This document shows positions 1 through 11,416 of a stretch of 64,000 nucleotides of DNA, piece after piece. Source of the stretch: Rhynchobatus australiae (taxonomy: Eukaryota); NCBI GenBank assembly GCA_034780895.1, contig JAUZTB010000077.1, positions 24,588,203-24,652,202 of the forward strand, read 5' to 3'. Within the stretch, counting starts at the first letter, position 1; each line of letters begins with the position of its first letter. The position numbers and the translations under genes were made by a program. A model generated the notes under the pieces. That model was not told the origin of the DNA. It worked only from the letters and a program-made list of their open reading frames with translations, and searched no databases.

Positions 1-899
1 GGATTTGGAAAGGCACTTGAAAAAAAATAACTTGCAGGGCTAAAGTAAAGGGGCAAAATAATGGGGCCAAATGGCCGCCTTCTATGCTGTAACAATTGTA
101 TGATTCATTAAACCAAAGCCTATTACCATCAGTTTCTATGAGGGGATGGAGCTTGGATGCCACATCACATAACCTCCTTGTTTTTCAAAGCTTTAAGTAA
201 ACTGCTGAATTACTTCGGATCCATTCTGAGTACAACTTTAAACACATCAATGGTGAGCGGATATACACCTCTGGCACTTATACAGTGCAGCCCTGTGTTA
301 CAGCAGTTTGGATAACAAAAGTTCACCTTTACAGAATTCACAAATCACTACCAAAAAGTCTGAGGTACAGAATAAACATTCACTCATGGAATTTATGCGA
401 GGAAAAAAAAACTAAATGAACACAAGATGTGAAAGAAACAATAAATGTCAATTTTTGTCAAGAGTTCATTTACAGAAAAGTTGTAATACAGATTGTTTTC
501 TAGGAATGAAACCCTTCTGTAACATGGGGGTGTATGGTATCTGGTTCCACAAACATCCACATGGTGTTACAGGTACATATCTAAAATACCCAATAAACAA
601 TGCCAACAGGATCATATTGGAGCCCATTAAACTAAAATCTAACTGCCCTTTCATTATGTACTAAATAACTGTATTCTTACACAAGTGTTCCAGTACCTTG
701 AAAGTTACGTAATGCACAACAACAGTACTGTTACTTAACATCCCTATAGTTTACTTTCAATTAAAGTGATAAAAGGAGTCATCAATAGTGGTATCAAATG
801 GCACAAATGTTTTAGCTAACCAACTGTCAATTCACACTATTTGTTCCGATAACCTGTTCGCAGATGCTGAGTTTGACTTTCACCAGGACTACACAGATT

Positions 900-1440
900 C
901 AAATATCATTTCCTTGGTCCAAGCATGGACCATATAACTGAATTCCAGAGATGAGGCAAGACTGACTGTCCTAGACATCAAAAGCAGCATTTGATAAGAG
1001 TAGCAACAAGAATCCCTGGTAAAACTGAGGTCCACAGGAATCAAGAGGAAAACTTCACACCAAGGTAGATTGTTGTGGTTGTTGGAGATCAATCATCCAA
1101 GGCTCAGGATTTCACTCCAGGAAGCCAAATCACCTTCAGCTCCTTCATCAATAACCTTCCTTCCATCATAACTTCCGAAGTGGGGATGTTCACTGATTAT
1201 TGCACAGCATTTAATTCCTCTGCCAATACCTCAGCAAATGAAGCACTCAATGGCTGCATGCAGCAAGACCTAGATATCGTTCAGGCATAAACTGACATGT
1301 AGCAAGTAACGTTCAGACCACAAGAGAGCTTGGCAATAATCATCTTCCAACAAGAAAGTGTAACCACTTACCTTTGACATCCAATGGCATTAAATCATAG
1401 AGTCCCCCACTATCAACAGCATGGGGTGGGGCTCACTATT
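900..1440 (+). mobile_element. Decayed LINE (CR1/L2-type) reverse-transcriptase fragment
   Basis: Frame-disrupted RT-like peptide FSSFINNLPSIITSEVGMFTDYCT resembles the (Y/F)ADD region; boundaries approximate. Confidence 0.6.
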
Positions 1441-1757
1441 TGACATGCACATTAATACTGTTTTGGAGGATCTATGCTGGGCAGAGCACATAGGTGCAAC
1501 CAAGAAGGTGAGCCAGCATCTCTACTTTCTTACAAGATTAAAGAAATTCAGCATGTCTTCAAAGACTCTGACAAACGTCTACAGATGTAGAATGAAAAAC
1601 ATTCTGACTGGTTGCATCACTGCCTAGTATGGGAATTCCAATGCACAGGACCGCAAGAGGCTACAGAGAGTGGTGGACTCAGCCAGTTCCATCACGGGTA
1701 CAGCTCTCCCCACCATCGAGGACGCCTACGGGAGGCGATGTCTCAGGAAGGTGACAC
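1440..1757 (+). mobile_element. Rex1/Babar-like LINE 3' ORF fragment
   Basis: Peptide QHLYFLTRLKKFSMSSKTLTNVYRC..ILTGCITA is typical of the fish Rex1-type RT C-terminal region; runs into an N block. Confidence 0.65.
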
Positions 1758-4079
1758 NNNNNNNNNNNNNNNNNNNNNNNNNNNNNNNNNNNNNNNNNNN
1801 NNNNNNNNNNNNNNNNNNNNNNNNNNNNNNNNNNNNNNNNNNNNNNNNNNNNNNNNNNNNNNNNNNNNNNNNNNNNNNNNNNNNNNNNNNNNNNNNNNNN
1901 NNNNNNNNNNNNNNNNNNNNNNNNNNNNNNNNNNNNNNNNNNNNNNNNNNNNNNNNNNNNNNNNNNNNNNNNNNNNNNNNNNNNNNNNNNNNNNNNNNNN
2001 NNNNNNNNNNNNNNNNNNNNNNNNNNNNNNNNNNNNNNNNNNNNNNNNNNNNNNNNNNNNNNNNNNNNNNNNNNNNNNNNNNNNNNNNNNTAACATTTTT
2101 ACTTCTAACATTTTTACTTTTATTTTTCTTATTATCATAAGTAGTTATTAATAAAGTAGTTTTTAAACACTGGATCATGACAGTGTGTTTCTTTTGTTGC
2201 TGGTTCATAACAATACAAAAAACACAACCTTTCCAGATTAAAAAATACAGGGTTAAAAAAAAACAGGGTATAGTACCCAACTACAGAAATGTCAAGGATT
2301 TACCATTTTTGTGTTATCCTGTAAGGCTACAAATTGATCAGGAATTTTCACTTTAAATCATTACTGGGGCTCAAACAGTGAAATGTTTCACCCAGTCAAG
2401 CAAACAGCACCTCTTCCTACAGATCCCTTAATAGTCGTACACCTTTCTGAAAGACTGCCTTCTCAAATGAAATCAATACCAAACATATTTCAATAAATAA
2501 TTCACAAGATTATGGTTTGAAAATTAATTCAGCAGATTGCACCCTCTATCTGGTCCAACCCAAGCTGGCCAAATGCTGATCTATATCAATTAGTATATTA
2601 GATTCAACAAATGTCTGATTACTAAGCTGACTGCTGAAACAATTTTCAAATTAATAAATACATTTTAATGCCAGTAAAAATTAAACAAAGCTCCAACCGC
2701 TGTCATGAAATGTCACCGCACTGGAACATTAGCACTGTTGCTCTCTGCCGAGGTGGAACCAGCCCTGCTGAGAGTTTCCAGCGTTTTTGGTTTGTATTTA
2801 AGATTTCCAGTACCTACAGTATTTTACTTTTGGAAAGCTCTAATAAAAGCATAAAGGTCCCTTGGAGTATTTACAATGTACATGAACAAACCACTTGCTA
2901 GAACGTTACACGGCTGTCGGTTCTGATGAAGGGTCGACTATCTTTCCACAAATGCTGCCTGACCTGCTGAGTTTTTTTCCAGCATCTTTTGTTTTTCCAA
3001 TAGCTCCCAGAACTTGTTTGCCTGTCAGTATAGCATTTGTTTGCTAGGCTTCACTAATTTACCAGGATTTTAATAAGGTCAGTTTTCCAACCGACCCACC
3101 CACAACACAGAGGTTTCAGGATCAATTTCTGGCAAAGGACTGCGAATGCCTTGAGCAATCACACTGGTGCCACACGAGTGTTGAGCAATAAATGACAGGC
3201 AGCATGTTCAGTCATCTAAAGGCGATCAGTGAGGGGGATGCCATTGCCCAGCACCTTCCCTCCCCCCTCTCCCTCCATCCTCATCCCCTCCCTCCCNNNN
3301 NNNNNNNNNNNNNNNNNNNNNNNNNNNNNNNNNNNNNNNNNNNNNNNNNNNNNNNNNNNNNNNNNNNNNNNNNNNNNNNNNNNNNNNNNNNNNNNNNNNN
3401 NNNNNNNNNNNNNNNNNNNNNNNNNNNNNNNNNNNNNNNNNNNNNNNNNNNNNNNNNNNNNNNNNNNNNNNNNNNNNNNNNNNNNNNNNNNNNNNNNNNN
3501 NNNNNNNNNNNNNNNNNNNNNNNNNNNNNNNNNNNNNNNNNNNNNNNNNNNNNNNNNNNNNNNNNNNNNNNNNNNNNNNNNNNNNNNNNNNNNNNNNNNN
3601 NNNNNNNNNNNNNNNNNNNNNNNNNNNNNNNNNNNNNNNNNNNNNNNNNNNNNNNNNNNNNNNNNNNNNNNNNNNNNNNNNNNNNNNNNNNNNNNNNNNN
3701 NNNNNNNNNNNNNNNNNNNNNNNNNNNNNNNNNNNNNNNNNNNNNNNNNNNNNNNNNNNNNNNNNNNNNNNNNNNNNNNNNNNNNNNNNNNNNNNNNNNN
3801 NNNNNNNNNNNNNNNNNNNNNNNNNNNNNNNNNNNNNNNNNNNNNNNNNNNNNNNNNNNNNNNNNNNNNNNNNNNNNNNNNNNNNNNNNNNNNNNNNNNN
3901 NNNNNNNNNNNNNNNNNNNNNNNNNNNNNNNNNNNNNNNNNNNNNNNNNNNNNNNNNNNNNNNNNNNNNNNNNNNNNNNNNNNNNNNNNNNNNNNNNNNN
4001 NNNNNNNNNNNNNNNNNNNNNNNNNNNNNNNNNNNNNNNNNNNNNNNNNNNNNNNNNNNNNNNNNNNNNNNNNNNNNNN

Positions 4080-4670
4080 GCGGAGGTACAGCGCCTTTTC
4101 GCGCACAGCGCCCCCACAGTAGCGGAGGTACAGCGCCTTTTCGCGCACAGCGCCCCTACAGCATCAGAGGTGCAACTCCTTTTGCCGACATCAGCGGCCG
4201 CCCTCCGGGTACAGCGCCCCCACAGTACCGAAGGTGCAGCGCCTTTTGCTGACGACAGCGGCCGCCCTCCGAGTACAGCGCCCCTACAGCATCGGAGGTG
4301 CAGCTCCTTTTGCGACGTCAGCGGCTGCCCTCCAGGTACAGCGCCCCTACAGCGCCGGAGGTGCAGCTCCTTTTGTTGACGTCAGCGCCCGCCCTCCGAG
4401 TACAGCGCCCCTACAGCACAGGAGGTGCAGCACCTTTTGCTGACGTCACCGGCCGCCCGCCGGGCACAGCGCCCCTACAGCACGGAAGGTGCAGTACCTT
4501 TTGCTGACGTCAGCGGCCGCCCACCGGGTACAGCGCCCCTACAGCATCGGAGGTGCAGCTTCTTCTGCCGACGTCAGCGGCTGCCCTCCAGGTACAGCGC
4601 CTCTACAGCGCCGGAGGTGCAGCACCTTTTGCTGACGTCAGCGGCCGCCCGCCGGGCACAGCGCCCTCAC
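4080..4670. repeat. GC-rich minisatellite, 64-bp unit (about 8 copies) preceded by 42-bp related units
   Basis: Unit approx GGAGGTGCAGCTCCTTTTGCTGACGTCAGCGGCCGCCCTCCGGGTACAGCGCCCCTACAGCATC; (T/C)GACGTCA recurs at 4313, 4377, 4441, 4505, 4569, 4633. Confidence 0.92.
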
Positions 4671-5330
4671 ATCCCCGGGTTACGAACGCCCGGCACGGGC
4701 ATCCCCCCACATACGAACGACATTCAAACCCCCGACCTCAGTGTTCGTGTGACCGGCAGAGCAAGTTGCGTCTCTCTATCCGGGGGCAGTAACGGCTCCC
4801 TGTGCTCTCGGTGCCGGTGGCCACCACACTGGGGCCTGTCCCTCCCGACAGAAGCGGCCGGTGAGCGTCGCGGCTGCGCTGGTTCCTCGGGAGCCCCGCA
4901 GCTGCCGGCAGCCCCCGAAACCCCGGACACAACGAATGGGGCCGCTCCGTCCCCGACCCCACCTGCACCTTGTCATTGTGTCGGTTCCGTCGTGCAACGT
5001 GTGTGATTTATCTTAATGTCCAGGCGCTGTGCTGCCGTTGCAGCGCGCCCGGTGTCCCTGCCCAGGGCCACGATGTGAAGCCCGGTCACCGCGGGTCCCC
5101 GCGGGTCCCCACGCCCCAAAGCCGCGCAGCAGTCGGTCGCCCCAGCGTGTGGGCGACGGCAGAGGACTGAAGGCGCAGAACTGATGAGCTGAAATGGCCC
5201 CAGACCTGTGCAATAAACAGCCGTGGGCTTTTGCAGACTGGCGCTGATCAAGTCAGTCAGAAGTAGCCCCACTTTTCCAGAATGTGGTCGACCTGGAACC
5301 GTGTCCTGAGCTCGGGGGTGGGCAGTGAAT
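4080..5330. promoter_or_regulatory. CpG island; probable promoter / non-coding first exon of a divergent (- strand) gene, SAMD8 by synteny
   Basis: High GC and CpG density in CpG-poor DNA; possible - strand donor CAG|GTGGGG at about 4963; the human order is KAT6B-DUSP29-DUSP13-SAMD8 with SAMD8 head-to-head to DUSP13. I saw no SAMD8 coding sequence in the window. Confidence 0.55.
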
Positions 5331-5705
5331 GCGAGTTTTGTCAGTGCCGATCACACCCAATGAGTGAATAACCTTTTTCACAGGACAATTCATTTATTTC
5401 TATTTCCAGATACAAAAATGTGATACACTTCAAATGGTTTGAGAAAATGCAGATCACTCGATATGAAGGCTGGTCAGAATGAGGAGCCTTGGGGGGAAGG
5501 AGGGAAACTCCTGCGCCACAGAGTTCCACAGACCAGTATTCACCTCACCTGTGGGAAACACTGACAGCGCAGCGGAACCATCAGATTCTTGGCTTTCTCG
5601 AGGACGTTCAGCTGGCAAATCAGCTTCCTGGGTCTGGCGCTGGCCAGTTGCCCTTGTTAAACCTGAGAGTGCGCTGGGGTTGGGTTTAAGATTTTAAATC
5701 TCAAC

Positions 5706-5774
5706 CAACTGCAAGCCAGCTGTTGTTTTTGGGGTTGGAACTCATCCCAAGCACAGCTGCTTGGTTATAAATAC
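5706..5774 (+). promoter_or_regulatory. Candidate muscle-type promoter/enhancer of DUSP13A (3 E-boxes + MEF2/TATA-like)
   Basis: CAACTG 5706, CAGCTG 5717 and 5754, TTATAAATAC 5765-5774. Confidence 0.4.
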
Positions 5775-6066
5775 TTAGATTATCTTAGAATACTTGGAAA
5801 TACATTGAAACACACAGTGAAATACAACTTTTTTGCGTAGAGTGTTCTGGGGGCAGCCCGCAAGTGTCGCCACGCTTCCGGCGCCAACACAGCACGCCCA
5901 CAACTTNNNNNNNNNNNNNNNNNNNNNNAATGTGGGAGGAAACCAGAGCACCCGGAGGAAACCCACGCAGACACGGGGAGAACGTACAAACTCCTTACAG
6001 ACAGTAGGCAGATTTGAACCCGGGTCACCGGTGCTATAAAGCGTTATGCTAACCGCTACACTACCA
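5775..6066 (-). mobile_element. tRNA-derived SINE (chondrichthyan type)
   Basis: Minus strand begins TGGTAGTGTAGCGGTTAG (A box)...GGGTTCAAATC (B box), then core TGTAAGGAGTTTGTACGTTCTCCCCGTGTCTGCGTGGGTTTCCTCCGGGT shared with copies at 44160 and 52818. Confidence 0.88.
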
Positions 6067-6483
6067 TGAGTGGCTTGTGAGCATATTGTGGTTCTGTCAT
6101 TGATCAATATTACACAATCAATTAGCACTGCGACCCTTATTATTACAATCTGGCTAACGGAACACATTTACTGTGTTCGTGGAGAGGTAGAAATCAGACC
6201 CCACTCAGTAAGCGGACCACTTTACTCTGTAATATGGTCTCCAATAGTTTCTGAAACACAAAATCAGAACTCTTGTTTGAACGAGTTTCTAAACTGTCTT
6301 TGTTGCTGGAGCAGCTGTTGGCTGTGGGACCCATTGGGCTGAAGTAAACTTGTTGACGCACAATCCGCACTTGCACCTGTGCAGACCCGTCAGATATAGT
6401 GAAGGACAGGCTGGGCTGCCACAGAGCATACAGCGGCCAGCAGTCAGCCTCAGAGCAGAGTGAATGAAATCCCAGCTATCAGG

Positions 6484-6650
6484 ATGTCAGATGAAGCAAC
6501 TCAATCCAGTGGCTACCCCAGCTGTCACAGCGACCCCGGGCCGGAACCCAGCACCCCCACAGTAGTACAATTGGAGGAAATCCTACGCAACAACAGAGTT
6601 CCGCTCAGTCGGATAGATGAAGTCTGGCCTAACCTGTACATTGGAGACAT
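6484..6650 (+). CDS. DUSP13A: DUSP13A (MDSP-like) coding exon 1
   Basis: MSDEATQ...[32 protein letters not shown]; donor AT|GTAAGT, phase 2. Confidence 0.88.
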
Positions 6651-9600
6651 GTAAGTATCTGTTCAGAGATCAGGAGAACAGTTGGCAAGGCAGTGGTATG
6701 TTTTGTGAGCAGGGTCTGTGGGCCGATAAAGTCTGGGGATATTCTGTAAGTCAACAGAATTTAAGGAGAACCCAGTGCAGGCCAGTGGAGTTCTCACTGA
6801 ACCCTCGGAACTCCCTCAAGGCCCTATGGCCTTGGAGACTTCCCAAGGCTGATTTGAGCAGCTATTCTGTTAAATGGAAATGGAAACAGATGTTTTGGAA
6901 CTGTGCCAAATGCATTCAATTTCACACCATCACACTATTCCCAATTAGGGATCAAAAAAGAGCAAAATAAAGTAAAGAACATTAGAACAAAAGAAAATAG
7001 GAGCTGGAGTAGAGCACTTGGCCCTTCACGCCTATCCCACCATTCAATACTTTCATGGCTGACCTACCCCTGACCTCATCTGCTGTCCTGTGCCATTCCC
7101 CATGGATCTTTCAAAAATTTATCTACTTCCTCTTCAAGTAGCACCAATGATCCAGCCTCCACAACCTTCCAGGTTAGAGAATTCCAGTGATTCTTTCATG
7201 GAATCTTACAGCATGGAACAGGCCCTTCAGCCCAACTCATCCATGCCAACTATTTCGAGAGGACTAAAATATAAAAGCAAGGATGTACTGCTGAGGCTTT
7301 ATAAGGCATTGGTTGAGATTCTGCACAAGGAAGTTCCAATACACCTCAATTTTCAGTGAATGCCCTTATCCTGTAACTCTGTGCCCTCATCTGAGCCTCT
7401 CCCATCAGGGCGACACCTCGTTATCACCGTGTCCTGCACCTCCAGGATCTCATATGTTTTAATAAAATGAATCTGAGCTGGAAACACACTAATACAGTTC
7501 AATTCCATTGAGCTTCACCCAACAACATTTAATTCCTTGAAATATTTTACCCCAGGGAATAATCCTCAAAAGATGAAATTCTCATAGTTCCATCTGTGAG
7601 GACTTCAGTAGGGCTAAAGATTACTGACAGAAATTTTTGCATTTCTACAATTAAATCCTCTTTGCTGATATGTGCATTCTGGGAATCTGCTTATCAGTCT
7701 TACCCATTCTGGACCTGTACCTGGTGTATGTGGCTGTATCCACATATATACATATGTTAGGTGTACATATATACATGTGTTAAGTGTTCAGCAGAGCTTA
7801 GTCTCCTTTTATCTTGCGCTCCTTTGTCACTGGACCAAGATCTGACTCTGACAAGACCATCGTGCAATGGATATCCTGTGTTAAAAGAATTCACCCTTAG
7901 GCATTTTTCACCCCAGAGTTTCTGTGGCACAAGTTCCAATGGATTTGCTAAAAAAAGTGCAAACAGTTGATTGATGAAGGGATTTCAAAAGATTGAGAAA
8001 CGAAGATAACTCAAAAAAACCATAATAAAACCATGGAACTTCTGAAGGTGATGCTTAGTTCTCTGCCACAGCATTAATGCAGCAAGAGCAAACTTCTCAG
8101 TCTCCATCTTTGCCCATGGATGTGGCTTTCCTAATCTGGAGGTCCACAGGACACAGTCAACTAGCTCCAGAGGTTTTACCAGATGCACCTCTGGCAGAGG
8201 CTGTGAATCCTGTCCATCATGTCTGCTTTCATTAAGATTCAAAAAATGTCCTGGAAAATCAGCATTGAAATCCTCGACAGTCTATAAAACGAGAACTTCA
8301 GAGAGAAAATTGCTTACATCAAGAATGCAGTCAACACTGAGGTAGGAAGCAGCTTTGGACATTCTTCACCACGTTAGTACTGGATCACCGTCCAGCGCAG
8401 GTGCCCTAGTTTCTACCCGCCGAGGTTCTGTCCAGCTGGGAGGTTCTGTGGGAAAAAGCTGAGCTGGGCACAAGCTTCCATTTTCAAGGAGAAGAGTTGA
8501 ATGAGGAACAGTTAACTTTGGTGTCAGTGACCCTGCTGAAAGGGGAGGTAAGTTGCTAGTTGCATTCATCTTGGAAAGAGTGAGGACTGGGCAATATTGA
8601 TGGAGCCTCAGAAGAAATAAATAGGTGTCAAACCTTGGCAACAGCCAGAAGAAACCAAGCAGCAACTAACCTGGAAGAGGTGGTGATCCTTCTCAATGGC
8701 ATGTAGCATTGAGCCTTCAGATCAGCATTGCACTCTCAGTGGCATTGGGATCTCCTCCAATGGATGTTCACTGCCTGTTAACTTGCTAACACCCTCCCAC
8801 AGTGGCATGTCTAGTGATTCATGGGAGAAACATGTGTGTGCTGTGCAGACCCTGACACTTTCTATCACCCCAAACAATGGGTGTCTCCAAGCCCAATTTA
8901 TCACCCATTGAATTCCTGTATGTTTCAGGAGGCTACATACTTACTTTTCAACAATGTAGTTATATTGCTGGTCAGGAAGACAAATGGTAGGTGGTCTTCA
9001 GTATGAAAGGATTTGCAGCCAGGAGTAAGGAAATCTCCATGTGTTTGTGTGGAGTACACGTGTTCTCCGTGTCTTTGTGTGGAGTTCACATCTTNNNNNN
9101 NNNNCTGCAGTATTGTGTACAGTTTTATCTACTTACTAAAAACCGATGTACTTGTCACAGAGGGAGTCGACTTGGCTGGTTTCTCAGTGTGGTGAAACAT
9201 TGTGTAGGTTTGGGTCTGTACTGCCCGGAGTTTAGAAGAATGAGAGATTGCTTGAATATTATAAAAGTTCTTCCAAGGCAACAGGTTGTATGTGAGGCAG
9301 ATATTTCTCCTGCCTGAGGAGTCTCAAACCAGCAATCACCATCTGAGGATAAGGAGCAGGAAGTTCCTCACCCAGAGGGGTTAAACCTTTGGAATTCTCC
9401 ACCCAGAAGGCTTTGGAGGCTCAGTCACTGAGTTCATTCAAAATACAGATCAACAGATTCACGTATATTAGGGGGAAAGGGATAAGACACAAAGACGATT
9501 GATGAGGTCGATCAGTCCTGAGTTGGATGAGTGGTGGAGCAGCATGGAGGGGCCGAATGTCCTTGTGTCTCTTCTGCTTTATGCAGTCCTGCACCTTGGA

Positions 9601-10870
9601 ATGTGCCAGTTGGCAACGTTTGTCTGCTGGTGCCTCTGTGCACCGGAAGACCAACAAGTTTTGGGCAAACCACAGTGAAATATTCATGAGTTGATGATCT
9701 TCTCGCAGGAGTCGATATTTGTCACAGCATCCATTCCTGGGAACAGCCTGCGGTGTGCACGGCTCCTCGAGAAAGACCACTGCACCCCTCTCCAGACCTG
9801 GCAGGTGCACAGAGCTGTAGAAGCCTCATGCACAGCACAGCCACCTCGGGGACCGTGTGCTGTTCCACTGAGAGCCCAGTTGTGCACCAAGGATCTGAGG
9901 GGCAGCAAGGTCCCAGTGCTTGTTTAAAAGTTCTGGTGGTGAGCTATTATATCGATGGCCCTTGACGGTCTCTTTGGAGAACCATTTGACAGGATCTATT
10001 GTCTATGTTTCCCTCAGAACCTTGAGGACATTCTGTTTGATTGACAATGGCACAGCCCCACTGAATGGAACAACTGGAGCCAGACTGGGACAGGTGGAAC
10101 CTCAGTGTGTAGTAACACGGTGTCTGTGTACCCAGGCTCTATGAACAGCTTGAAGCAGCCACAACTATAGCCATGGGGATGAGGACCTGTTGGCCCAGCC
10201 TTCCCCAGAGATCTGTGCATCACAATCCTGCAGATGGAATTCAAATCAAAAGGAGAATAGCTCAGGTGGCTACTGCAGTACAGGAGCAGTGTATGGAACA
10301 CGTATGGACACGCCTGCACCATGCTTACTGCAGTACAGGAGCAGTTTATGGAACACGTATGAGACTTGCCTGCACCATGCTTACTGACATGGAGAGGTGA
10401 TGCTGTAGCTTCATCCACTGTGGTTCCAGACCTCGCTACGTTCCACCACAGGTTCTCTCCTTGTGGGACCACCGACTTCTGAACTCTCCCCTGACACCCA
10501 GACAATGCCAGTGGGCTTTACCCCATTGTACCCATTTGTGATCCTGTTGCCAGCATTTAAATCAATGTCCGAGATAGCCCGACTGAGATCCCTGCAGCCT
10601 GATCAGGTGATGTGGTGATAGTTTTCAATCAATGCCTCATGGGCCAATGAGCAAAGTGGTTGAGGATTCGGGAGTCAACATTTAATGACGAGGCAACAGA
10701 CAGACCCCGCTGTGCAATGAGAGGCACTCGGACAAAAGTGGCCATTTTCAGAACTGAAATCGCTCAGAATGAGAAGGGCAGAATTTCATCAACAGCACAA
10801 AGGCAACAGACACACGGTACTGTGAGTTTGATTGGCTAACAGCAACATTTTTTGATCTTTGGCTTACCAG

Positions 10871-11088
10871 GACAGTGGCCCATGACAGATTTCAGCTGTG
10901 GAAGCTGGGGATCACACACGTGTTAAACGCTGCACACAAACAGCTCGCGTCTAACGGATGCCAAGATTTCTATGGTACTGCTATGGATTATTATGGCATT
11001 GCAGCTCGTGACTTACCAAGCTTTGACATTTCTGCCTACTTCCATCCTGCAAGTGAATATATACACCGGTCAGTGGATATACTGGGAG
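10871..11088 (+). CDS. DUSP13A: DUSP13A coding exon 2
   Basis: ccag| acceptor, G|GTAAGA donor; RFQLWKLGITHVLNAAHK...DLPSFDISAYF closely matches human MDSP as recalled (RFELWKLGITHVLNAAHK...DLPDFDISAYF); 218 nt. Confidence 0.92.
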
Positions 11089-11222
11089 GTAAGAAACCAT
11101 TTCAAACACAACAATCATTGCCNNNNNNNNNNNNNNNNNNNNNNNNNNNNNNNNNNNNNNNNNNNNNNNNNNNNNNNNNNNNNNNNNNNNNNNNNNNNNN
11201 NNNNNNNNNNNNNNNNNNNNNN

Positions 11223-11416
11223 CTGCACAGCCCACAGAGCCCATGTACCCACTGCACAGCCCACAGAGCCCGCGTACCCACTGCACAGCCCACAGAGCCC
11301 GTGTACTGACTGCACAGCCCACAGAGCCCGCATACCCACTGCACAGCCCACAGAGCCCATGTACCCACTGCACAGCCCACAGAGCCCGCGTACCCACTGC
11401 ACAGCCCACAGAGCCT
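11223..11416. repeat. 29-bp tandem repeat (about 7 visible copies)
   Basis: CTGCACAGCCCACAGAGCCC(A/G)(C/T)GTACCCA recurring at 11223, 11252, 11281 ... Confidence 0.93.

Noticed and set aside
1-3296. SAMD8 coding exons
   Set aside because: No SAM-domain or sphingomyelin-synthase-like peptide seen; the region looks intronic with LINE debris
1612-4379. Long ORFs spanning N blocks (also at about 19.6-21.1, 30.9-32.0, 37.1-39.2 and 50.8-51.8 kb)
   Set aside because: They are open only because N codons contain no stops; the flanks are repeats
4100-4670. CAGCGCCCCTACAG in the repeat unit as a CTCF site array
   Set aside because: One base short in the C run and lacks the (A/G)GTGG end of the CTCF consensus; not supportable without a PWM scan
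4234-5006. Overlapping repetitive ORFs in the minisatellite; superficially CRISPR-like periodicity
   Set aside because: Head-to-tail units with no unique spacers, a vertebrate context and no cas genes; the ORFs are a by-product of the GC-rich repeat
10270-10385. About 55-bp direct duplication (similar ones at 23003-23105 and 37088-37130)
   Set aside because: Local slippage duplications in introns with no other supporting signal
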